Under the pieces are notes generated by a model. That model ran no database searches. It was not told the origin of the DNA and saw only the letters and a program-made list of their open reading frames with translations. 64,000 nt of DNA from a virus (taxonomy: Duplodnaviria; Caudoviricetes), in the IMG/VR virus record IMGVR_UViG_3300032030_000020, positions 68,670 through 132,669 of that record. One strand, 5' to 3'. Both the position numbers and the translations under genes were made by a program. Shown in pieces: positions 37,258 to 46,156 of this stretch; the first letter of the stretch is position 1, and each line of letters starts with the position of its first letter.

Positions 37258-39272
37258 TTACTTCTTGAAGTAAGCAGTGCTGTAAGCACCTTCGTCGTTC
37301 CGCTTCGCGTCCCAAATATGTTCAACACAGGTCGTTACTCTGTGCCCGCCTTTCGGCAGCTCTGCATCGCTGCAGAAGTTCAGACTATATCACGGACTCT
37401 TTCGAGTCCCTCTCCATTTCGGATCACTTGATCCTACTCTACTCGCTTCTTCAGGCGGCCGCCTTATGCTTTCGATAGTCGTTAGACCGTACTCCTTGCG
37501 GAGCTTGGTACGGGATTGTCTCTGTGAGATTTTCCCCGTTTAGGAGAGTTATTCGGCACTCATCGCTGAGTGGAGCCCCAGAATCGGCTAGGGCCTGCAG
37601 TTCAAAGTTGAAGGTCGCGGCACTCTTATACGACGTATCCATTCCAGGAACGGTCGTAATACGAGCACGGAACACCTTGACCACATAGTAGCCAATGATG
37701 TCAGATTCGGTACAGTCATCACCAGAGCCATAAACAGGCCAAATACAGCTAGCCTCGCCAATAGCGGACTCCTTGTTGGTGATGATAGCTTCCTGCACTT
37801 CCTTCACATACTTATACACAACATCGACGAAATCGATATCGTCATCAGCAGAGAAGGTAATGGTCTTTTCAGCGACCTTGTACTTGCCGCTAGGAACGGT
37901 TGTTTCAGTGGTTTCTTCCATGTTTGCAATGTAGATGGAACCAGCCACAGGGGTCTGAAGCAGTTCGATCGTGTGATCGGCCTTCAGATCATGACGCTCA
38001 GCGGTGTCCATCTCATAGTTCGCGTTGGCCTTGTACTCGGTCTTGTTGGCCATGGCAAACATGTCAGCATCAAACTGTGCAGACGTGAAAGACATAGTAA
38101 AAGTGGACTGTCCGGGAAGAACAGCCAGGGGGAACAGGCTCCAACCACCATTCAAATAAGCCTGTTTATTTTTGTTCAGTTAAGGTCGCTAATCTTAACC
38201 CGCTTTATTCAAGCTGCTATACGTCACCGTATAGATCAGATCATATCTTACGCAGATTCTGCGTCTCTCCATTTCGACTCGCTTGAGCCTACGTCTTGCG
38301 ACTGATCGTTAGAGTTTAACACATGAGTAAAATGATATCCTCCGGCTCGTATATTCTGTTTCATGGCTTGGTAAACAGCAGAAACAGATCTCCCAATGGC
38401 TTGTGCAGCTGCAGTCATCGTTTCGTATACGACGCCTGTTTCTACACACATGACAGAATGAGCCCTGCAGTTTTTTGAACCAACCATGTACGGACGTTTA
38501 TCGTGATAGTGATCAGATAAATTTTTCAATGAATTTGGATTGTTATGTTTGCCTTTATTGCCGTTGCTAATTTTTTGTTTATGCTCTTCTGTAAGGTGTG
38601 TGCCTGTTCTTTTCTTTGCGGAAGCTTCTATTGCTTTTGTAGGAACTTTGCCGTACAGTGGATTAAGTTCGCCCCTTAATGCACGGTTGTTATATCCGCC
38701 TTCTGCAAAATTATATCCGTATTTTCTGTCTGTTGTGTTCAAGGCTGAAATTAACAACTGTTCCATTTTAGAAGCCTCGGCTTCGGTCAAATGAGAAGCA
38801 ACAATCTCATGATCAAAATTATCCCAACCATACTTTTTTATAGCTCCGTAAAAATGCCAATTATAATTATATCCCCTTCCGTTTTTCCATCTTTCATTAG
38901 GGTTAATTCTTCTTGACATTCCAACATACATCTTGCCGTTAATCCTGTTGATATGTACATAAACATAATATGCACCGTTTTCAATAATCATTTAATCTCT
39001 CCTTCATGTGTTTTTACTACGGTAGGTTGTCTCTATTTCCCTATACGTTATTTTTCGAATGGTACAACCAAATTAGACAAATAGAGAGTTTCCCCGTTTA
39101 GAAGAGTTTAAGGACACCAATGGTGAAATTTAATGTCCGTGGTCTGGATGTCGGCACTAACTGTCGCAGAGCTCAGTTCGTTGAAGGCATAAGCCTTGCC
39201 GTCGCAACGACGGAAGATTACCTTCGGTACATCAGCAACATACCCTTTAAGGGCAGCATTGAAAGTAGCCAT
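37258..39272 (-). CDS. Major tail (tube) protein, spliced: join(39272..39132, 38152..37590, 37312..37258), 252 aa
   Basis: Exons join in frame (141+563+55=759 nt): ...QTTDI|NGGWSLFP...ELQAL|DAKRNDEGAYSTAYFKK; sits between neck genes and chaperones. Confidence 0.85.
37313..37589 (-). ncRNA. Group I intron 2 of major tail gene (277 nt, no endonuclease ORF)
   Basis: 5' exon ends in U; P1 GGCCCU/GGGGCU with U.G pair; AAACGGGGAAA...AAUCCCGU (P4); AACGACUA and GAUAUAGUC (P7); ends in omega-G. Confidence 0.88.
38248..38991 (-). CDS. Intron-encoded GIY-YIG homing endonuclease with NUMOD3/NUMOD1-like DNA-binding motifs
   Basis: YVYVHINRINGKMYVG...RW...E...GYN; HLTEEHKQKIS; CVETGVVYETMTAAAQAIG. Confidence 0.9.
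   Translation of the reverse strand: MIIENGAYYVYVHINRINGKMYVGMSRRINPNERWKNGRGYNYNWHFYGAIKKYGWDNFDHEIVASHLTEAEASKMEQLLISALNTTDRKYGYNFAEGGYNNRALRGELNPLYGKVPTKAIEASAKKRTGTHLTEEHKQKISNGNKGKHNNPNSLKNLSDHYHDKRPYMVGSKNCRAHSVMCVETGVVYETMTAAAQAIGRSVSAVYQAMKQNIRAGGYHFTHVLNSNDQSQDVGSSESKWRDAESA
39036..39061 (-). promoter_or_regulatory. Candidate phage late promoter inside intron 1, upstream of the endonuclease ORF
   Basis: Minus strand CATTCGAAAAATAACGTATAGGGAAA. Confidence 0.7.
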
Positions 39273-39529
39273 AATTCATGACCTCTCTTTAAATATATTT
39301 ATATCCAGCCGCAATATTCCGTCCTCCCAGAAACTTCCTATGTTGGCAAGATATATCTAATAGAGGCCTTCATATAACCTTTGAAGCCGTAACGTGACTT
39401 CAGCCGCCTTCTAAAACAGAGAGGCGTTACGTACCGCCTCTCCGCTTAGGAGGAATACACGCAACGAGCAGCCACCTGCCCGGAACCCGTTGCACGACAC
39501 GCCCAATACACGCATGTCTCCCCAGATCT

Positions 39530-39994
39530 TTAATAGACCTTCATATAATGGAAGGCTATCGTTTTTCTTTGATAACCTGTTACTCTTGTACCGCCGTCCC
39601 AATCTCCTGCAATCCAGAATCTATAGCCTGTATCGGCTAAGTATCTTTTGCTAGTCAAAAGCTTATATAGCCGCTCTGCAATAAGATCCATTCTGGTAAC
39701 AAGTCTGTCATCTCCAATGTTGCGCATCTCGTCCGTCTTGACATAAATATCGAACAACAACAGATTCTTTTTTACGTTGGGGACGTTGGTTTCGTAACCT
39801 TGTATATCGGAGTATACGATTCTGCATACTTCATCTGTCAGTAATTTGTTGGTGTATGCGGCCCGAATAAAATAGCGGTCTACAAATTGAATGATGCCTG
39901 TTTTGGGTGGCATCTTCATAAGGACTTTTAATTCATGATCAGGCCAGATAACATTTCTGATAATTGTGTTCCATGCGTTGACCCAGCCCATCAT
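39530..39994 (-). CDS. Putative tail terminator / neck protein
   Basis: Immediately upstream of the tail tube gene; FDIYV...RMDLIAERL pattern. Confidence 0.6.
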   Translation of the reverse strand: MMGWVNAWNTIIRNVIWPDHELKVLMKMPPKTGIIQFVDRYFIRAAYTNKLLTDEVCRIVYSDIQGYETNVPNVKKNLLLFDIYVKTDEMRNIGDDRLVTRMDLIAERLYKLLTSKRYLADTGYRFWIAGDWDGGTRVTGYQRKTIAFHYMKVY

Positions 39995-40533
39995 GTTGAC
40001 GCACCTCCAGAAAGATGTTGACTTAAATACTTCGACACATATTCTGTAAAATATGGAGTTGCTGCTTCTTTTATTTCTTCGATAGCTCGTGAATTTGCAA
40101 CTTCTACTTCGTCTGGGAAAGTAATGCCCAAGAAATTGTCGGCTTCGTTTTTTATGTCTATTATTGGTAGCTCATACCACGGAAGTGGTGTTCCTTGTAA
40201 TTGCTGAGGGACAGAACTTGTATACGTTGATCCATCAACATTATGAACTGTTCCGCCTTCACCTCCAGACACAGGCACGTCATGAGATTTCAAATAGTTT
40301 ATAAGATATGTTTCGGATAACACGTTCTCAGCTTTAACTTTGTTGCCTTCGCCTGATATTTTTATCTCAAAACTGCTCGCGTCTGATGCAAGTTGGTTAG
40401 CAGATTCATCATCCATTTGATAGGCCAGCGCCTTAACTCTTTCATCCCACATCTCTTTCAATTTGTCTGTTTTTATATATTTAACAATGATTTCACCTGC
40501 ATGGATTTGAGAAGCAAGATCATTCATAGCCAT
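39991..40533 (-). CDS. Putative neck/tail completion protein
   Basis: Position in the head-tail block; coupled ORFs. Confidence 0.5.
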   Translation of the reverse strand: MAMNDLASQIHAGEIIVKYIKTDKLKEMWDERVKALAYQMDDESANQLASDASSFEIKISGEGNKVKAENVLSETYLINYLKSHDVPVSGGEGGTVHNVDGSTYTSSVPQQLQGTPLPWYELPIIDIKNEADNFLGITFPDEVEVANSRAIEEIKEAATPYFTEYVSKYLSQHLSGGAST

Positions 40534-41296
40534 GCAAACCACCTGCCGCTCTCTTAGCTTGAAGCTTGATAACGCCGTATGTCTGTGTTATATCCACATC
40601 TACGCCGTCGATATCTACAACTTCATGCGTATTGCCGCCCCAATCGAACTTGTCTCCGATCTTGATGTTTTTTGTTTCTTCGTTGTACTGCACAGAGATT
40701 AATGTTAATGCTCCTGCGATAGTGCCGGGTGTACCGGATACAGAAACGTATTCCGGCCGCCCGTCATAACGATAAGCATTCGCGGGAATAGGATGTGCAA
40801 TAACAATGTATTTATTATCGGGATGAAAGTCGTACTTTTCTCCGCTGATAACAAACCCCATGTCGTCTATCTGGTATCCTTCGTCGTCTGTTATCGGCGC
40901 TTCGTACCTTCTGACTTCGAGTGTGAAGTTACACCTTAAAGCCCGCGAAGGAGCGTTGTTGGACTGTAAGTGCACAGCCCAGTCCAAAACATAGATAGAA
41001 CCGTCCGGCTCAACTAACATGTCTCCCTGACGGATTCCGCTGTCGATAGGGCAACGGATGTTCATATGGTTATCCGTATTCTCGTATCTGGATTTGGTTG
41101 AATCGGCATAGATCTCGCCGCGAACATATTTTGGTTGATAGTCTTCTTGGTTTCTATCATACCAGTTCTTTAAGATTTCAAAATCCATGTTCGTATTTGG
41201 GATGTCTTGATTCAAAAAAGCATTGAAGTCTGCGGCCAATGTTCTAGGAACCCTGAACCGCTTGGATGTACCCTGCGGTACATACGGGATGCCCAT
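40520..41296 (-). CDS. Putative head closure / neck protein
   Basis: Position; IRQGD...YVL and IKIGDKFDWGG beta-barrel-like motifs. Confidence 0.55.
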   Translation of the reverse strand: MGIPYVPQGTSKRFRVPRTLAADFNAFLNQDIPNTNMDFEILKNWYDRNQEDYQPKYVRGEIYADSTKSRYENTDNHMNIRCPIDSGIRQGDMLVEPDGSIYVLDWAVHLQSNNAPSRALRCNFTLEVRRYEAPITDDEGYQIDDMGFVISGEKYDFHPDNKYIVIAHPIPANAYRYDGRPEYVSVSGTPGTIAGALTLISVQYNEETKNIKIGDKFDWGGNTHEVVDIDGVDVDITQTYGVIKLQAKRAAGGLHGYE

Positions 41297-41310
41297 TGGC
41301 CGTCACTCCT

Positions 41311-41640
41311 TTACTTCATTGTTCTGTTTAGGTATTCACCCATTGTCACCTGGTCTGCCTTGATTCCACGGAAAGAAAGATTCTGCGGCAGCCTTTTAAT
41401 TGAGTTTGCGGTATCCAGCATCTTGTGCCGGATCTTCTTAAACCGTTCGGTTAATTCCGGCGGCCAATCTTCTTTTTGCTTGTTGCCGGAGAACACATAG
41501 AATGCGTCTTCGACTTCCATAATCAGCCGCATCAGTTCAAGATTCAGCATTTCGGTATAAGAGATCAGGTCGTACTCTTTCTCTACGACCGTCTCAAGGT
41601 TTTTGTTCTTATATTCAATCTTCACAACAAATTCACTCAT
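41311..41640 (-). CDS. Hypothetical protein
   Basis: 109-aa ORF in the late operon. Confidence 0.65.
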   Translation of the reverse strand: MSEFVVKIEYKNKNLETVVEKEYDLISYTEMLNLELMRLIMEVEDAFYVFSGNKQKEDWPPELTERFKKIRHKMLDTANSIKRLPQNLSFRGIKADQVTMGEYLNRTMK

Positions 41641-41655
41641 TTGCCTTCAGTCCTT

Positions 41656-42087
41656 TTACGAAGTTCCAAGCGTGTAGCGAACCATCTTGTAGTAGATGAT
41701 CCTGCGCTCGTTATCGAGATTGCCGATTGTATCCTTTAAGTTGGCGTACGGCTTGTCTGCGTTCGTGATTGTCAGAGCGTCGGTGGAATAACCAAACGTG
41801 TTGTTGACATCGCTTTGAACTTTGGAGAAGAAGTTGATCTGAGCGCAGATCTGGATATACCTTCTTTCATCCAAAGGAAACACATAGTCGTAGCCGTAGT
41901 CTTCGGTATCTTCGATTGTTTTGTACAGTTCCTCGTCATATTGATCGGAGCGGCCAGTATCGACGAAGAGCCTTTCAATGCCGTCTATTACCATGTTGAT
42001 ATAGTTGGCATCGGTAAGAGGAACTGGAGTTTCTTGCCACTCCGTCTTTTCTTTCAGCCATGCGGCTAGTTTTGTAATGTTTAACAT
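41656..42087 (-). CDS. Putative head-tail adaptor
   Basis: Size and position downstream of the capsid gene; YSTDALTIT motif. Confidence 0.55.
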   Translation of the reverse strand: MLNITKLAAWLKEKTEWQETPVPLTDANYINMVIDGIERLFVDTGRSDQYDEELYKTIEDTEDYGYDYVFPLDERRYIQICAQINFFSKVQSDVNNTFGYSTDALTITNADKPYANLKDTIGNLDNERRIIYYKMVRYTLGTS

Positions 42088-42106
42088 ACTGGCAGCCCCC
42101 GTTTAT

Positions 42107-42556
42107 TTACTCGTCAAACGGATCGGCGTCGGGAAGCTTAGACTTAATAAGCTTCATCTTGCTGTTCGGAAGATCCATCTTGGTGGCGATCTCCAGAATA
42201 GCGTTAAGCTCAATCATGTCTTCAATTCCATCCAACCATGCTTCAATCTGTTTGGCTGATTTTTTCAAGTTTGCGCTGATTTCTTCTTCTCCGAAATGTT
42301 TTTCGGAATATGTATCTGTATAGCCGCCAAGATCCTCCAGCGTAAGATCGTTGCCGTTGCTATCTACCGCAACAAGTTCTCTCGAAGAGAACGGTTTCTT
42401 TTTACCTCTCGCGATACTTTCGAGATACAAAATATCGTCAACAGATATAGTCAGGAAACTTCCTGCCCTGATTATAGGTTGTTGTCCGCTCATAAGCGTA
42501 ATTCCAATATCATATCCGCACCTGTTAAAAACGCGGAATCTTGCTGTTCCATCCAT
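42107..42556 (-). CDS. Hypothetical virion morphogenesis protein
   Basis: 149-aa ORF right after the capsid gene. Confidence 0.65.
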   Translation of the reverse strand: MDGTARFRVFNRCGYDIGITLMSGQQPIIRAGSFLTISVDDILYLESIARGKKKPFSSRELVAVDSNGNDLTLEDLGGYTDTYSEKHFGEEEISANLKKSAKQIEAWLDGIEDMIELNAILEIATKMDLPNSKMKLIKSKLPDADPFDE

Positions 42557-42590
42557 AGTTTTCCTTCAATCCTTTCATCATTAAGAAGAA

Positions 42591-42621
42591 GGGGAGAGCT
42601 TATGCTCTCCCCCTTTTTTTT
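42591..42621. terminator. Hairpin terminator after capsid gene (possibly bidirectional)
   Basis: GGGGAGAGC-ttat-GCTCTCCCC, with T-run on + and TTCTTCTT on -. Confidence 0.7.
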
Positions 42622-42652
42622 GGCTTTTTCAACCTTAGAGTTCACTCTAAGA

Positions 42653-43657
42653 TTAAGCGATCTCGTGCGCACCGGCGGTCGGATACTTGCCAACCACGAA
42701 AGCCGCGCCAAACCACGTATACAGCAGAACCTCAGTGACACGGTCGTCAATGTTCTGGGAAGCCATAGAATTGATGCCGCCCTCGTTGACGATCTTCAGG
42801 TTCCGCATTTCGGCGGACTGTCCACCCGGAATGATGTAAATCCAGTCAGGATTCAGCACAGGGGTAATGCCGTCAGCCTTGTAAGCGTTGGTCATACCGA
42901 CAACGTCAGCGCCCTTCCACTTACCAAGGTAGCCATTGCCATTGTGCTCGTCCAGCATATTGCCGGAGTACGCCCAGGTAGGATTGCTGTTGATCTGCAT
43001 CCCCGCAGAAGCATCCAGCTGACCCACAGCCGCAATGTCGCCAAGCAGCGTCACAGGGCCCTGCCGACGGAAATGGATAACCTGCTGTTCGAGCAGAGCG
43101 GGGTTGAAGCCACCCGTGCTCTTGGCATACCAAGGAGTCTTGTTCACATTCTGGAAACCAGCCTGCAGAACGTTCTCGACGATCTCCAGCTTCTTCTCCA
43201 GAATCTTCGCATTCGCTTCGCGAATCAGGTCGGCCATGTTGAAACGGCCAGCCTTCAGATCAACGATGTTGATAGCCGGACGAGCGGAGATTTCCTTCGT
43301 CCCAACCAGCAGCTGGTGATCCGTAATGTAGCTACGGGCAGTGGTAGCGCCCTTCGCCTGCACATAAGCATGGATGCCATCCGTGCGGACTTTGAAGGCG
43401 GCCTTTTCGCCGTAACCGACGTTCTTCTCATCGGCAACAGCGCTGAGGAAGTCCAGAGCCTTGTTCTGAAGCTCTTCAACGGTGAACGCAACAATCTGTC
43501 CGATCTTGTGGCAATTCTGAGGATTCAGATCCTCCAGAAGCTCAGAGATCAGGCTGTTCGCCTTTTCGATCTGATCGGTGTCCACGCGTTCATTCTGATT
43601 CTGTGCGGCAAAAATCTTAATCAGCTTAGTGCCGCGTTCAATCTTAATATCAGCCAT
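42653..43657 (-). CDS. Major capsid protein
   Basis: 334 aa; strongly biased codons; follows protease and decoration genes; GGAGG RBS. Confidence 0.8.
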   Translation of the reverse strand: MADIKIERGTKLIKIFAAQNQNERVDTDQIEKANSLISELLEDLNPQNCHKIGQIVAFTVEELQNKALDFLSAVADEKNVGYGEKAAFKVRTDGIHAYVQAKGATTARSYITDHQLLVGTKEISARPAINIVDLKAGRFNMADLIREANAKILEKKLEIVENVLQAGFQNVNKTPWYAKSTGGFNPALLEQQVIHFRRQGPVTLLGDIAAVGQLDASAGMQINSNPTWAYSGNMLDEHNGNGYLGKWKGADVVGMTNAYKADGITPVLNPDWIYIIPGGQSAEMRNLKIVNEGGINSMASQNIDDRVTEVLLYTWFGAAFVVGKYPTAGAHEIA

Positions 43658-43673
43658 GTTCGTGCACCTCCGA

Positions 43674-44090
43674 TTAACCGATTGTGCCGTCAGCAGTCAC
43701 ACCGTAGGAGGTACCCACAGCGTACTGATTGGCAGCACCGCTAATAATAAATTCTTCGCCAACAAGCAGGGGATGAGCGCGAAGCAGTTCGCCGGGGGCG
43801 AAAGTCGCATTGCGTCCATCATATTCAGCGTTAGCATAGAAATCCTCTTCGTGAGTCTCCACGAAGTAATACCGCTTATTCAGCTTATCAACAACAAAGC
43901 GGTATCCGAGATCACCGTAGATATCGGTGATCTCTTTGCAAACGAACTTAGAGGTAGACTCTGCGCTCGGCAGTTCCAGAGCATCGCCATTCTGAACCAT
44001 CAGAATGCCGTTCGCAACAGGATTGGTCGCGCCGTTTACCAGTTCGCCTTCATACACGTAGCCTTGCAGCTTTGTCATGTATCCAGACAT
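43674..44090 (-). CDS. Capsid decoration / cement protein
   Basis: 138 aa between scaffold and major capsid genes; beta-rich. Confidence 0.6.
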   Translation of the reverse strand: MSGYMTKLQGYVYEGELVNGATNPVANGILMVQNGDALELPSAESTSKFVCKEITDIYGDLGYRFVVDKLNKRYYFVETHEEDFYANAEYDGRNATFAPGELLRAHPLLVGEEFIISGAANQYAVGTSYGVTADGTIG

Positions 44091-44124
44091 AGTAAATCAA
44101 TTCCTTTCATAGTAATTGACCTGC

Positions 44125-45474
44125 TCATTTGCTGAGCAGGTCATATCCGTTCTTCTTCTCCACAGGCTGCAGCAGCTCCATATATCCGGGCTGAGCAGTC
44201 ATAGAATCGACAAACGGGTTAATTGCTTCGGCCGCAACAGTCAGTTTTTCGGCCTCGGCGGTAACACGCTGTTCCTTGAGCTCTTTCACTTCTTCGGTCA
44301 GAACCTTGACGGCCTCTGCCAGTTCAGCGATAAGCTGTTCAGCGGTCTTCTTCTTTTCGTCGTCGTTCTCTACGCGGGGCAGATCTTCGTTTTCGGCGTT
44401 CTCTGTCTCGGTGGGAGTTTCGACAGGAGTGTCGGGCGTAGGCTCTGCAGGGGTCTCCACGGGAGTGTCCGTAGGAGCATCTTCGGAGCCTTCGTCTCCG
44501 GCTTCGGCAACACGCAGCCCTTCTTCGGTCTCTACAAGAGTACCTTCGATAGTGTCGGATGTGCCTTCTGTAACTTCAACCCTCTGATATGCAGACTTGC
44601 CGGTGTCGGTGTCGTATGCATAAGTGCTTTCCGTTACAGTCGTGGTCGTGTCAACATACACGGCCGCAGTCTGGGCTTCTTCGCCCTTCTCTTCTTTCTT
44701 GCAAGAAGCGTTTTCAGCTTCAACTTCTGCTTCGGCTTCGTTTTCAGCCGTCTCGATCTCCGTCTCGGCTACCGTTTCGGGCTGAGTCTCTTCAACCTGC
44801 TCGGTTTCAGAGTTAGTGGCTTCAGTCTCTTCAGCTAAAGCCTGCTCGGTTTCGAGCTTTTCAACATCCGCCATTTCGGTCTCACCCCTTTCGGTGTCTT
44901 CTGCTTCACGTTGCGCCACAAACTCAAGAGCCACGGCGTCTTCGCAAGCAGGGAAGGTGACAATGGCAGTCCCTTCCAAATAGTTGTTTTCCGACGCATC
45001 GATCACAAACGTTCCATCTTCGTCTTCCGAATAATCGGCACACGCAATCTCGAAAGAAAATTTGAGAGCGCCGTCTGCAAAAAGCTCGGCGATAGCTTTG
45101 CTCAACTTCTTGTTGCGCTTCGGAATCCGAGCGTAACCTACAAGGTAAGCACCGCCGTCAAATGTTTCTTTTTCGAACTGATAGAACGATCCGATCTGCG
45201 TCGAATAGAACTCTCCGGTCTTTGCATTGTACATATGACCGAGATTGGAGTATTTTCCGCTTGTAAGAGACTTTGTGTCTGCATACAGCGGCAGCCCAAC
45301 ATACCGTTCTTCGTCGGCGATAATTTCGTCAATAAAGGCTTCGGTAACCTTAACGCCATTAAGATTCGCTTTAGGCGTTTCGAGTATTCTCATCTTTACA
45401 GACATGAATACGTCGGACTGTTTCATTTCGGAGATGACAGAAGCAAAGCTGATAAATTTGGCCTTACTATTCAT
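44125..45474 (-). CDS. Prohead protease fused to acidic scaffold
   Basis: ANLNG, GH, FSFEI and PA motifs, then a long Glu/Thr/Ala-rich tail; start at ATG 45474 after GAAGGAG. Confidence 0.75.
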   Translation of the reverse strand: MNSKAKFISFASVISEMKQSDVFMSVKMRILETPKANLNGVKVTEAFIDEIIADEERYVGLPLYADTKSLTSGKYSNLGHMYNAKTGEFYSTQIGSFYQFEKETFDGGAYLVGYARIPKRNKKLSKAIAELFADGALKFSFEIACADYSEDEDGTFVIDASENNYLEGTAIVTFPACEDAVALEFVAQREAEDTERGETEMADVEKLETEQALAEETEATNSETEQVEETQPETVAETEIETAENEAEAEVEAENASCKKEEKGEEAQTAAVYVDTTTTVTESTYAYDTDTGKSAYQRVEVTEGTSDTIEGTLVETEEGLRVAEAGDEGSEDAPTDTPVETPAEPTPDTPVETPTETENAENEDLPRVENDDEKKKTAEQLIAELAEAVKVLTEEVKELKEQRVTAEAEKLTVAAEAINPFVDSMTAQPGYMELLQPVEKKNGYDLLSK

Positions 45475-45565
45475 TGTGTTTCTCCTTCTGCTTTCAATTG
45501 TCAATGCTGGGAGTCAAGGCCAATTGAAGCGAATCTTTATATCAACAACCTTACGGTTGGAGATA

Positions 45566-46000
45566 TCATGCAGAAAATTCTTTTACTAAATTTCGAGTTA
45601 AATTAAGTAAAAAACGTTCGTCTTTCCGAGCTCGTAATAAATTTGCTTTATTTGCACATTCGCGAGAACAGTAGCTTGCTATAGTATTCTTTTGTAAGAA
45701 ACTTTGTCTTTTCTCTAATTGAAATAATTTTTCACAAGTTGGACACCTTAACAAAACCATCTTTCTTGTTTTGTTTTCATTGTGATGCGTAGCATGTTTT
45801 TCTCGGCTGATTAACTGCAAGTTGTTAATATTGTTATTATGCTTGTTTCCATCAATATGATGTATTACTTCATCTTCTGATGGAAGCACATGATAGTTTT
45901 GCCAATAAACCAAATGATGTTCATAACAATATTTATTACGATATATTTTTCCTGGATAATCAAATGGAGCAATAACTAATATGTAGTCACCATTTTTCAT
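45566..46000 (-). CDS. Free-standing HNH homing endonuclease with C-terminal Zn-binding motif
   Basis: YEHHLV...IHHIDGNKHNNNINNLQL...H..HH; CPTC...YCSREC; AT-rich relative to flanks. Confidence 0.85.
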   Translation of the reverse strand: MKNGDYILVIAPFDYPGKIYRNKYCYEHHLVYWQNYHVLPSEDEVIHHIDGNKHNNNINNLQLISREKHATHHNENKTRKMVLLRCPTCEKLFQLEKRQSFLQKNTIASYCSRECANKANLLRARKDERFLLNLTRNLVKEFSA

Positions 46001-46156
46001 AGTAAAATCCTTTCTGCGAAACAAGAAACACCGGGGCCGAAGCCCCGGTTACTCTTCAGCCGCTCTCAGAGTTGCGGCCACTCAGGTTTCTGATAACCAT
46101 ATAACAAAACAAGCAAGTGAATTGTTTATAAGGACGCTCAGCTGCAAACGTCCTGT

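Larger units (their letters stand above)
38153..39131 (-). ncRNA. Group I intron 1 of major tail gene (979 nt) carrying a homing endonuclease
   Basis: P1 GGACAUU/GGUGUCC; P10 CACCAUU pairs with exon 2 AAUGGUG; AAACGGGGAAA; AACGAUCA/AAGAUAUGAUC (P7); terminal G. Confidence 0.88.

Noticed and set aside
37451-38155. ORF-track 234-aa protein as a complete gene
   Set aside because: It is exon 2 of the major tail gene plus read-through into intron 2; its TTG start overlaps the intron 1 3' end and lacks an RBS.
42296-43744. 482-aa + strand ORF
   Set aside because: Antisense shadow of the codon-biased capsid gene; no RBS or recognisable motifs.
45566-46000. HNH gene as part of a third group I intron
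   Set aside because: The flanking portal and protease ORFs are complete and no P7 or P4 core motifs were found.
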